DNA from: Candidatus Nomurabacteria bacterium
GTDB lineage: Bacteria > Patescibacteriota > Minisyncoccia > Phycocordibacterales > UBA9973
Assembly: GCA_052035195.1 (NCBI GenBank)
Contig: JBPOHU010000009.1
Coordinates: 34,107 to 98,106, forward strand
DNA length: 64,000 bases
Direction of reading: 5' to 3'
Each line of letters opens with the position of its first letter. The first letter of the stretch is position 1. The notes below the pieces were generated by a model. That model saw nothing but the letters and a program-made list of their open reading frames with translations. It had not been told where the DNA came from and made no database searches. Shown piece by piece: positions 10,389 through 18,062 of this stretch. The translations under genes and the position numbers were made by a program.

Positions 10389-10950
10389 TATTGCATTATT
10401 TAGCAGTATTGTTTTTTACAGTCCTATTTTTGCTCAATCGTCAAAAAATGACTATATTCCAGATATTTGTAAGAATATAGTATCTATAAAAGGTGCACCT
10501 TCATGTAGTGACGGGATAGACAATAGTAATCCACCAAACGGTAAAGCTGATTATTATGGTGTTGATTGTGATAAAAATGGCTCTCTTGATCTTGAGCCAG
10601 ACCCATCTTGTAAAAGTCTTGTTGATACAGAGAAGTCAGATGAATCTGCCGGGCAGTTTCTCTCTTGTTATAACTTTTGTACATTTTCAGATATTTTAAA
10701 GACTATCAATAATGCTATTACTTTCTTGATAACAGATCTTTTTGTTCCGACGCTAGTTATTATCTTCATGCTAGCCGGAGCTAAATACATATTGGCTCAA
10801 GGAAACTCCGCTAAGATAGCTAATATCAAGAAGATTTTGATCAATATAATAATAGGAGTTTTATTGATACTTTGTTCTTGGCTAATAGTGAAAGTACTGT
10901 TGGTTGTTTTGGTCAAAGATGATGCTAGTGCTCTACAGTTTTTAGAATAG
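10351..10950 (+). CDS. TrbC/VirB2-like pilin paralog 1 (signal peptide, Cys-rich variable region, C-terminal double-TM hairpin)
   Basis: C-terminus FMLAGAKYILAQGNSAKI..KKILINIIIGVLLILCSWLIV matches the TM-helix/charged-loop/TM-helix pattern of VirB2/TrbC-type pilins; start chosen at MKRLAIY (38-nt overlap with upstream gene). Confidence 0.6.
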   Translation: MKRLAIYSLLFVSIALFSSIVFYSPIFAQSSKNDYIPDICKNIVSIKGAPSCSDGIDNSNPPNGKADYYGVDCDKNGSLDLEPDPSCKSLVDTEKSDESAGQFLSCYNFCTFSDILKTINNAITFLITDLFVPTLVIIFMLAGAKYILAQGNSAKIANIKKILINIIIGVLLILCSWLIVKVLLVVLVKDDASALQFLE

Positions 10951-10966
10951 TGATATACTTGTTGTT

Positions 10967-11530
10967 ATGAAACTGAAAACAATCTTCCTCTCATTATTAA
11001 TAGCAACATTATTTTATTTACCAGTATTTGCTCAGCAAACAGGAACCGGTAGTAATGGAGAAATTAAACCTCCAGTTTCTCAGTGTGGAGATGGTTTTGA
11101 TAATGACGGCGATAAGCTTATAGATACTAAAGGGGGAGAAATAAATGGCAAAAAGGTAGAAAAAGATCCACAGTGTACTACTGGGGCTAAATGTGAAAAT
11201 GGAGCTACTACAGCAAATTGTTCTTCTGGAGAAAGTTCTGGCGCCACTGACTTTAACCTACAAGTCAAAATAAATAATCCTCTCAAGGTAGACACTATTT
11301 CAGGAGCTATAGCTCTATTTATGAATGCGGTACTACGCATAGCTTTGCCGTTTATAGTCATATTCTTTATTTGGAGTGGTGTTAGTTTTGTTCTAGCTCG
11401 TGGTAACCCTGAAAAGATAAAAACAGCCAAAAATATGTTTTGGTACACTATTATTGGTACCTTACTTATTTTGGGAGCTTGGGCTATTACAAATGCTATT
11501 ATTGGGACAGTTAACAGTATTACGAGTTAA
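10967..11530 (+). CDS. TrbC/VirB2-like pilin paralog 2
   Basis: Signal peptide, Cys/Gly/Asp-rich variable region, C-terminus FIWSGVSFVLARGNPEKIKTAKNMFWYTIIGTLLILGAWAI. Confidence 0.6.
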   Translation: MKLKTIFLSLLIATLFYLPVFAQQTGTGSNGEIKPPVSQCGDGFDNDGDKLIDTKGGEINGKKVEKDPQCTTGAKCENGATTANCSSGESSGATDFNLQVKINNPLKVDTISGAIALFMNAVLRIALPFIVIFFIWSGVSFVLARGNPEKIKTAKNMFWYTIIGTLLILGAWAITNAIIGTVNSITS

Positions 11531-11532
11531 AC

Positions 11533-12186
11533 ATGAAGAGAATATTTTTTAGTTTTTTAGTTTTAGCTTTTATAGGTTTTATTAGTCCGACAAATGCTCA
11601 ACAACAATGTTCCCAGATAACCAGTTCAAATGTTGGTGTTTGTTGCTCGGGTAGAGATGCTGCTATTAATCAAGATCTATGTATTGATTATGATCTAAGC
11701 CAACAACAAAACTCTGGGACAGGGTCTGCTGGAGGAGGTGTGGGTAATACTGGAGTACTTATAGGTGGTAGTGGTACACCAAATACAAATCCAACAAATT
11801 CTGGAACCAATAACTCTACTATTACTCCTACGCCTCAAGCCAGTTCACCAGCACTTTCTTCTTGTTCTGCTATAAAGTTCAACTCTATTTTAGATATACT
11901 TATCTGGCTCAAATGTATTATTGGTGCAGCTATTATTCCTCTTATATTCACACTGGCTTTCTTGTACTTCTTGTGGGGAATGGTGATGTTTATCAAGGGT
12001 GCAGATGATGTTAAAAAGAGAGAAGAGAGTAAAAAGTTTATATATTGGGGTATTATCGGACTCACTGTGATGATAGCCGTTTGGGGTATTGTACAAATAG
12101 TTACTAGCACATTTGGTTTTGGAAACACTGTTCCTAGACTTCAGACAGATTGTCTGACAACAGACAAAAATAACCCTTGTAAATAA
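11533..12186 (+). CDS. TrbC/VirB2-like pilin paralog 3 (with Gly/Thr/Asn/Ser low-complexity linker)
   Basis: Signal peptide; FLYFLWGMVMFIKGADDVKKREESKKFIYWGIIGLTVMIAVWGIV. Confidence 0.6.
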   Translation: MKRIFFSFLVLAFIGFISPTNAQQQCSQITSSNVGVCCSGRDAAINQDLCIDYDLSQQQNSGTGSAGGGVGNTGVLIGGSGTPNTNPTNSGTNNSTITPTPQASSPALSSCSAIKFNSILDILIWLKCIIGAAIIPLIFTLAFLYFLWGMVMFIKGADDVKKREESKKFIYWGIIGLTVMIAVWGIVQIVTSTFGFGNTVPRLQTDCLTTDKNNPCK

Positions 12187-12251
12187 ATACCTTATGGTAT
12201 ACTAAAAGGGTATTCGTATTAATAAAATAAGTAATAATTTCATTTGATTCT

Positions 12252-12662
12252 ATGAAAAAAATCGTTATGTCATTTATCGCTCTTATGGCTTTGCCAGCAA
12301 GCGCATTAGCACAGGTAACATTACAAGGGGTTCCAAATACAGCATATATTGATACTTGGATAGCAAAGCTTTTGGTCTTTGGTCAACAAGCAACAACATT
12401 CTTGATGATTGCTGCGACTTTGTACTTCATTTGGAGTGTTATTGGTTATATCCGTGAAAAGGATGCCAAAGCTGCAGCAGAAAAGAAAGGAGCAATGCTT
12501 CGAGGTATTATTGGACTTTTCGTTATTGTAGCTATTTGGGGAATAGTGAGACTTATTTCAACTACTCTAGGTATCGGTACAGGCTCTATCAATTCAAGTA
12601 ACGTTCCTTGTCCTCCAGGAATGGAATACTCTACAGTAGTAAACCCTCCTCGTTGTATCTAA
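12252..12662 (+). CDS. TrbC/VirB2-like pilin paralog 4
   Basis: Signal peptide ALPASALAQV; LYFIWSVIGYIREKDAKAAAEKKGAMLRGIIGLFVIVAIWGIV. Confidence 0.6.
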   Translation: MKKIVMSFIALMALPASALAQVTLQGVPNTAYIDTWIAKLLVFGQQATTFLMIAATLYFIWSVIGYIREKDAKAAAEKKGAMLRGIIGLFVIVAIWGIVRLISTTLGIGTGSINSSNVPCPPGMEYSTVVNPPRCI

Positions 12663-12674
12663 ATATAAATCTTT

Positions 12675-13013
12675 ATGTTTGAGTACGTAGCCTATGCAAA
12701 AAGTTTTGATCAAATAGTCTTTGATATAAATAGGACGATACTTAATCCGCTCATACAGTTTGCTTTTATAGTTGCTTTTGTAATCTTCATCTGGGGTGTG
12801 GCTGAGTTTATACGCAAAGCCAATAGTCCAGAAGGTAGAAAAAAGGGACAAGATCACATGATATGGGGTATTGTCGGACTAGTGATTATGGTAGGAGTTT
12901 ATGGCATCATCAACATCCTTATCAATACATTTGGTCTCGGTAGTGCTTCTATCAATAACGATCAGCAAACCTTCACTCCTCCTGTGATAAAAGAAATAAA
13001 GATTCCAAATTAG
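12675..13013 (+). CDS. TrbC/VirB2-like pilin paralog 5 (shortest, no obvious cleavable signal)
   Basis: FIWGVAEFIRKANSPEGRKKGQDHMIWGIVGLVIMVGVYGII. Confidence 0.55.
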   Translation: MFEYVAYAKSFDQIVFDINRTILNPLIQFAFIVAFVIFIWGVAEFIRKANSPEGRKKGQDHMIWGIVGLVIMVGVYGIINILINTFGLGSASINNDQQTFTPPVIKEIKIPN

Positions 13014-13028
13014 ATTCAAAATAAAAAA

Positions 13029-13055
13029 GCCCCGAACATTCGGGGCTTTTGGTTT
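13029..13055. terminator. Bidirectional Rho-independent terminator (gccccgaa-ca-ttcggggc flanked by A-tract and T-tract)
   Basis: Sits between convergent genes ending at 13013 (+) and 13065 (-). Confidence 0.8.
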
Positions 13056-13064
13056 AAAGAACAG

Positions 13065-13769
13065 TTATTTCCTTGAAACTACAACGTTAACAGAGCTTAT
13101 CTCTGACTTAACGTAGATCTTACCAATAAGGGCTTCAGCGATAGGTAAACGAGGTGAGAATAAATATTCTTTTCCCCCTTGTTCGTTTTTCCATAAAATC
13201 AGCCTCCACTTTCTTGTGCGATCTTCTGCTTTTTGGAAATACAGGATTACCTTTTCATCCGTCTCCGGATCAAAGGAAATACCAGGCTGGTCCCAATCTA
13301 CATCAAACTGGAAGAACTGACCCTTTTCCATGAAATTCTCTCCGTCCATTTTGAGGTACGGGGAGCCGATCAAGGGATCCTTTCTATCACTGTTGCCAAT
13401 GACAACGTTTGGTCTCCAGGCTATTTTTTTTGCCTTGTAGTCCTGCCATTCGTAGTAGGCGTAATAACCGATTAAGATTACGGCTATACCACCTAAAACT
13501 TTCCAAATTAACCCTCCTGTAATCTTCTCTGGTTTTTTGATACCAGGTATCTTTTTCCAGAAAATAATTAGAAGAGTTAATACGGCAATAGCTATCCAGA
13601 TCCAAGGATTAACTTCAGGAAAATTGTTTTTTGCAATTAGTCCAGAAATTAGGCTGAATGCTTTTAAAATAAGTAGTCTTACAAAGAAAACTATCGGGAT
13701 GATAACAGCTAATATTATTAACCAGTTTCTCCCGTTTTTGTTCGGTTTACTTCGGTTAGTTGTTTTCAT
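13065..13769 (-). CDS. NfeD-like membrane protein (N-terminal TM helices plus C-terminal soluble beta-rich domain)
   Basis: Three hydrophobic helices then a soluble domain; 14-nt overlap with the upstream SPFH gene, the usual NfeD-stomatin/flotillin pairing. Confidence 0.45.
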   Translation of the reverse strand: MKTTNRSKPNKNGRNWLIILAVIIPIVFFVRLLILKAFSLISGLIAKNNFPEVNPWIWIAIAVLTLLIIFWKKIPGIKKPEKITGGLIWKVLGGIAVILIGYYAYYEWQDYKAKKIAWRPNVVIGNSDRKDPLIGSPYLKMDGENFMEKGQFFQFDVDWDQPGISFDPETDEKVILYFQKAEDRTRKWRLILWKNEQGGKEYLFSPRLPIAEALIGKIYVKSEISSVNVVVSRK

Positions 13770-14874
13770 CTTTTAATTTTTTTTGATCTTGAATACTGTT
13801 TGCAATAAGCATTTCAACCAGATTACTTCCGCCGAGTGCACCTTTGTCAGTAATTAGTGTTCCGTCTAAATCCTTAAGGCTTTCTGCAATAGCAGCAGAG
13901 TTAGCATTCATAAGCTTTTGTAGAGGAGTGATAGCTTTAATTTTTTGCTTTAAAACATCAACCTCTGCCTTTCCAACCTCTGCCGTTCTTTTCTTGAGAA
14001 CGTCTGTCTGGGCGTTTCCTGTCTCAGTTGTTCTTTTTTTCTGAACTTCTGTTTCGGCGTTGCCTTTGATTTTTGTTGCGTCAGCTTCTCCTTCTGCTTT
14101 TGTTACCACAACCTTTTTGCCAAGCTTTGCAAGTTCTACTTCTTGAACTGCCTTCAAGCGCGCCGCTGCTTCAGGGGTTATTATCCAGTCTTCATGAATG
14201 ATGGTAAGAAATTTGAATCCGTATATGGTTTCAAATTCTTCCCGGTTTAGCTCATCCCTTATTTCATTAAGGTCATCTTGTAAGCCAACAGGAGAGCCGT
14301 CTTCTGAGGCAACTCCACGTATATCATCAAACTTTTTCCTTGGAAGCTTAGATCTTAGCTTTGCAATAACTGATTTCTCTGCATATTGCAGAAAGTTACC
14401 ACCGGGAAATTTTGCTAATAGTAACTTCATATCGAGTATTTGTATGGTAAAAAGGAAGATTAACTTCACATCTGTACCATCTATACTGGCGATATTGATT
14501 TCTATCGGGTGTACTTCACGGTCCAAGAGATAGTGCTGGTCGTCTACGGACCTTTGAACGATGCACATTTTTTGAGGAGCTACATCATCGTCAAGTGTTT
14601 CATTTGCACCTTTCATATTTACTTGATAAGTAACGAGAGGGCGTAGACCTCTTTTTTTTGCGTCTTGCTCCGGCATTAGTGATTTCCATGTAAAAGGGAA
14701 TCGAAAAATTTGCTCAAAGACAGGAATAAGTGGTGATATTGGTAATATCGGTGCACTCTCTTCCTCATCATAGAATATTTCTCTTGTCACAGTGTTACCA
14801 CGTGACACGAGATAGTGTTTTCCGCGGACTGGGCTAAAGTTTAGTGTGCCCTTGTCGCTGTACTTTATTGCCAT
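13756..14874 (-). CDS. SPFH/Band-7 domain protein, flotillin-like
   Basis: SPFH-like N-terminal half followed by Glu/Ala/Lys-rich coiled-coil repeats (AEGEADATKIKGNAETEVQKKR...) resembling flotillin EA repeats. Confidence 0.65.
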   Translation of the reverse strand: MAIKYSDKGTLNFSPVRGKHYLVSRGNTVTREIFYDEEESAPILPISPLIPVFEQIFRFPFTWKSLMPEQDAKKRGLRPLVTYQVNMKGANETLDDDVAPQKMCIVQRSVDDQHYLLDREVHPIEINIASIDGTDVKLIFLFTIQILDMKLLLAKFPGGNFLQYAEKSVIAKLRSKLPRKKFDDIRGVASEDGSPVGLQDDLNEIRDELNREEFETIYGFKFLTIIHEDWIITPEAAARLKAVQEVELAKLGKKVVVTKAEGEADATKIKGNAETEVQKKRTTETGNAQTDVLKKRTAEVGKAEVDVLKQKIKAITPLQKLMNANSAAIAESLKDLDGTLITDKGALGGSNLVEMLIANSIQDQKKLKDENN

Positions 14875-15008
14875 GTTTGTAGTTTTTATTTTTAAAAGAA
14901 AAATTGTTTTATTCTATAGTATTATAACACACAAATTGCTATTTTGTCAACTATATCTATATCTCCAAAAAAGGTATGATTTACCTATATAAATAATGCA
15001 TAAATAAC

Positions 15009-16082
15009 ATGTTAGAAGCATATCAAAAGGAAGTAGAGAAGAATGACCCTACAATAAAACCTAATCCTGAAGAGCCAACCTTAAAAGAGATTTTAAGCAA
15101 GAAGGAGGACAGTGATCTCTTTGGGGAATTACTTAAATCAGAGCAAGAAGTTGGCCTTACTGGCAGATTAGCTAAGGGAGAGCTTAAAGATGAGGATATA
15201 CAAAGTCTTGATAAATATAGAAAAGAATTTCTAGGCACAATGGAAAGAGTGAAAACAGTAAAAGAATCTATAAATGAGGATATTATAAATCTATATACAA
15301 AAAATAATCCTGAGTTGCAGAAAGTAGTTTCTCTTATTGGTCCATCAGCATATAAAGACATAGTTAAAGAAAAGATTGCAAAGTTAGCAATAACAGATCC
15401 TGGCGCTTTTAACTCACTATCTGAAGCAGTGGAGAGAAAAAATGAATTTAAAGATGGATACTTCAAAGAACTTGATGAAAAAGTTTCTAATCTTTGTAAG
15501 GAAAAAGGAATAAGTCCTGAAAAATATTCTAAAGCTTTAGCTATTGCAGATGATGGAGAGCGTAAAAAAGCTTTGAGGGGTACTATTAGAGAAGGTTATA
15601 ACTGGATGCAAAAAGCGGGAGACTGGATATCTATGGGGTCTTGGTCTAAAAATAGAATCAAGTTAATGGAGTCTCAAAAGCCAGAGATTGATTCAGCCTT
15701 AGAACAAATGCGATCTTATCAGTCAGGTGTCGGGGAATTTCTTGCTGGTATGACAGAGCACGATGAGATAAGATCTGTTTTGAGTAAGGAGTTAATTGGA
15801 GATAAAGAAGAAAAAGTTCCACTGCAAGGATTTAAAGAGTCAAAAGGAGGAATGCCTACAAAAGAAAGTCTACAAAAAAGCTGGGATGAATATAAGCAAA
15901 ATATGCAAAAGCCATGGGATGAATTAACACCTCTAAGACAAGAAAAAGAGAGGGAGGCTTTTGTTGAAGCTCAAAAAGAAGCATTAATTGAACAAAATAA
16001 GAAAAAGTCTGGTTTTTGGAGTAGTATTTTTGAGATATTTTCAGTATCATTTTTTAATAGCAATAAGGCTGAGTTAAACTAA
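15009..16082 (+). CDS. Hypothetical charged coiled-coil protein
   Basis: 357 aa, Lys/Glu-rich, C-terminal hydrophobic/aromatic tail; no motif recognised. Confidence 0.4.
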   Translation: MLEAYQKEVEKNDPTIKPNPEEPTLKEILSKKEDSDLFGELLKSEQEVGLTGRLAKGELKDEDIQSLDKYRKEFLGTMERVKTVKESINEDIINLYTKNNPELQKVVSLIGPSAYKDIVKEKIAKLAITDPGAFNSLSEAVERKNEFKDGYFKELDEKVSNLCKEKGISPEKYSKALAIADDGERKKALRGTIREGYNWMQKAGDWISMGSWSKNRIKLMESQKPEIDSALEQMRSYQSGVGEFLAGMTEHDEIRSVLSKELIGDKEEKVPLQGFKESKGGMPTKESLQKSWDEYKQNMQKPWDELTPLRQEKEREAFVEAQKEALIEQNKKKSGFWSSIFEIFSVSFFNSNKAELN

Positions 16083-16083
16083 T

Positions 16084-16356
16084 ATGAATCAAGAAGAATT
16101 GTACAATTCATTTATTGCACTAGTAGAAGAGGGTGATGAGGAGAAAGCCAGAGCTTTTCTGATTGATCACTTAAATGAATTTCCCGAAGAGACTAAAAAA
16201 GAAATAGCCTTTGCTTTCTTTGTTGATGCTATCAAAAAAGATACAGCTGTCTCTGAAGTTCAAAAGAGGGGATTAGAAATAATGAAAGACCTAGACGAAA
16301 TTAAAGTTATTCTAGAAGATGTTTCCAAGGCTGCATCTATAAAAGAACAGATTTAA
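16084..16356 (+). CDS. Hypothetical small acidic protein
   Basis: 90-aa ORF starting 2 nt after the upstream stop; followed by terminator. Confidence 0.4.
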   Translation: MNQEELYNSFIALVEEGDEEKARAFLIDHLNEFPEETKKEIAFAFFVDAIKKDTAVSEVQKRGLEIMKDLDEIKVILEDVSKAASIKEQI

Positions 16357-16374
16357 TAAAGTTTAAAAATTTCA

Positions 16375-16412
16375 AACAAAAAAACCGCTTCAGGAATGAA
16401 GCGGTTTGTGAA
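16375..16412. terminator. Bidirectional terminator (accgcttca-ggaa-tgaagcggt with flanking A- and T-runs)
   Basis: 9-bp stem, GNRA-like loop; between convergent genes. Confidence 0.75.
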
Positions 16413-16426
16413 AAATCTTTTACCTT

Positions 16427-16963
16427 TTAGGGAATTACCAATTTGTAATTCCTTGGTGATGTTTTTGCAACTCTTGCCATTATTGGTAGGGTTTTTACCC
16501 ATGTTCTGGGGTATTCGAAGGAACTTACCCAGGCGTAGGTATTCACAGGGTCCATCGGTATAGAAATTCCGTTGTGGAAACTAAAGGTTCCGTCTGCGAA
16601 AATTTCTACAAACCAACATTTACCATAGTTAGCAGAGAATCCTCCAGCAGAGTTGTAAACCATGCCTGAGGGTCGGTACTCGTTACCTTCAACAATCCAG
16701 TCCCATCCAGTAGGGAATACCGGTGCATCGACAACGATTGCGTCGCCACTCGGGTTTCCAGGTGTAATGCACTGAACTGATATTTGTCGGCTGCCTACCA
16801 GTACTGTTGCTATGCCACTTACCGGCACACCAACAATTACAGGGTTAAGCCAGGAGGGAGTATAGTCAAATTGCTTACTCTCTCCACGATAGATTTCTTT
16901 GTTTTTTACACAACTTGTGAAAACAAAGAGGGTGGTTGTCAGTAAAAAGATTATCTTTTTCAT
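16427..16963 (-). CDS. Putative lipoprotein, hypothetical
   Basis: Signal peptide ending in lipobox-like LFVFTSC. Confidence 0.5.
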   Translation of the reverse strand: MKKIIFLLTTTLFVFTSCVKNKEIYRGESKQFDYTPSWLNPVIVGVPVSGIATVLVGSRQISVQCITPGNPSGDAIVVDAPVFPTGWDWIVEGNEYRPSGMVYNSAGGFSANYGKCWFVEIFADGTFSFHNGISIPMDPVNTYAWVSSFEYPRTWVKTLPIMARVAKTSPRNYKLVIP

Positions 16964-17091
16964 TGTTTTTTATTTAAAATGAGCAAATGTGTGTTTTTGA
17001 TCTTCTATTAAATAATAGCATATTTAATGCTATTTGTCAAGTAAAAAAGCCCTCACTTATTGCTAAGTAGGGCTTGGTGTTATTGGGTTTT

Positions 17092-17622
17092 TTAAAGCCC
17101 AATAACGTAAGACTGTTCGTTTTCTGACCGGATTACCTTCAGTACACTTACTTTCCGGGAGTAGTTTTTGATCGGCTGTGGTTGAGCCACATACCATTTT
17201 ACTTCGGAATAAGGGTCCGGTGTATTAGCCCATTGACCCTCAACTTCCAGGACTTTGTAGTGCATAACATTGTCAGATCCCAGGCTACCTTCAATGTAAT
17301 AGGCTGTCGCCTTAAAAGCACTGAAACCGTTGTTGTAAAAGAATCCGATAGCCACATTTTTTCCTTGGCCGGGATCATATTCTACAGCTGCCGGTAAGAT
17401 AGGAATACTGAGAAGGATTCCATCTCCGGTCATTCTTCCGCGGCTGTTGCCGCTGGCATTGATTACAGCTTTAAGATTTTTTACTGTACCGCAGGGCAAC
17501 GTGACTTCCGCCACGCCATTCTCACTTACAGTATTAATAGATATGCCGTATCCATCTTCATATGTTTGCCCGAAAGCAAAAGATGAGGTAATCAGAAAAG
17601 CGAAAAAAAGTATTTTTTTCAT
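17092..17622 (-). CDS. Secreted hypothetical protein
   Basis: N-terminal signal peptide MKKILFFAFLITSSFAFGQ; beta-rich. Confidence 0.5.
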   Translation of the reverse strand: MKKILFFAFLITSSFAFGQTYEDGYGISINTVSENGVAEVTLPCGTVKNLKAVINASGNSRGRMTGDGILLSIPILPAAVEYDPGQGKNVAIGFFYNNGFSAFKATAYYIEGSLGSDNVMHYKVLEVEGQWANTPDPYSEVKWYVAQPQPIKNYSRKVSVLKVIRSENEQSYVIGL

Positions 17623-17718
17623 AAAATTTATTTAATTGTTACAAGATCAATTTCTAGTATATTATAGCAGATTATTAGTTTAATGTCAAGGTACTATAAG
17701 ACTATCTAGAAAATGAGC

Positions 17719-17747
17719 TTGAAAAGGGAAGCGGACTATTGTAGAAT
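17719..17747 (+). promoter_or_regulatory. Sigma-70-like promoter for the tRNA-Leu(TAG) gene (TTGAAA-17 nt-TAGAAT)
   Basis: Near-consensus -35/-10 with 17-nt spacer, ~20 nt upstream of the mature tRNA 5' end. Confidence 0.55.
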
Positions 17748-17768
17748 AAGGGGCATTCTGTACAGCGT

Positions 17769-17850
17769 GCCCGGGTGGCGAAATTGGTAGACGCACCAGT
17801 CTTAGGAACTGGTATCGTAAGATGTGAAGGTTCAAGTCCTTTCTCGGGCA
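17769..17850 (+). tRNA. tRNA-Leu (anticodon TAG), class II with long variable arm
   Basis: Acceptor gcccggg/ctcgggc, anticodon stem ccagt/actgg with loop cttagga, T-arm gaagg-ttcaagt-ccttt; no encoded CCA. Confidence 0.85.
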
Positions 17851-17881
17851 CAGTGTACAGAATGAGTTTTGTTTAAATTAC

Positions 17882-17905
17882 GCGCTTATAGCTTAGTTGT
17901 AGCGG
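17882..17905 (+). pseudogene. Degenerate fragment of the tRNA-Lys 5' half (acceptor + D-arm)
   Basis: gcgcttatagcTtagTtgGtagCGg compared with gcgcttatagctcagctggtagagc of the intact tRNA-Lys 50 nt downstream; cannot fold into a full tRNA. Confidence 0.5.
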
Positions 17906-17953
17906 TTCCACGTGCAATGAGTTCGAAGTTGTGAATTGTAAATTAAATATTAT

Positions 17954-18026
17954 GCGCTTATAGCTCAGCTGGTAGAGCAGCTCCCTTTTAAGGAGACGGT
18001 CGCAGGTTCGAATCCTGCTAAGCGCA
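17954..18026 (+). tRNA. tRNA-Lys (anticodon TTT)
   Basis: 73 nt; acceptor gcgctta/taagcgc, D-arm gctc-agctggta-gagc, anticodon loop cttttaa, T-arm gcagg-ttcgaat-cctgc. Confidence 0.85.
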
Positions 18027-18032
18027 CAAATA

Positions 18033-18062
18033 AAAATAACCCTATGTGGGTTATTTTTATTT
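18033..18062. terminator. Bidirectional terminator (aaataaccc-tatgt-gggttattt) at the centre of a larger inverted duplication
   Basis: Perfect 9-bp stem flanked by A-rich and T-rich tracts. Confidence 0.7.
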
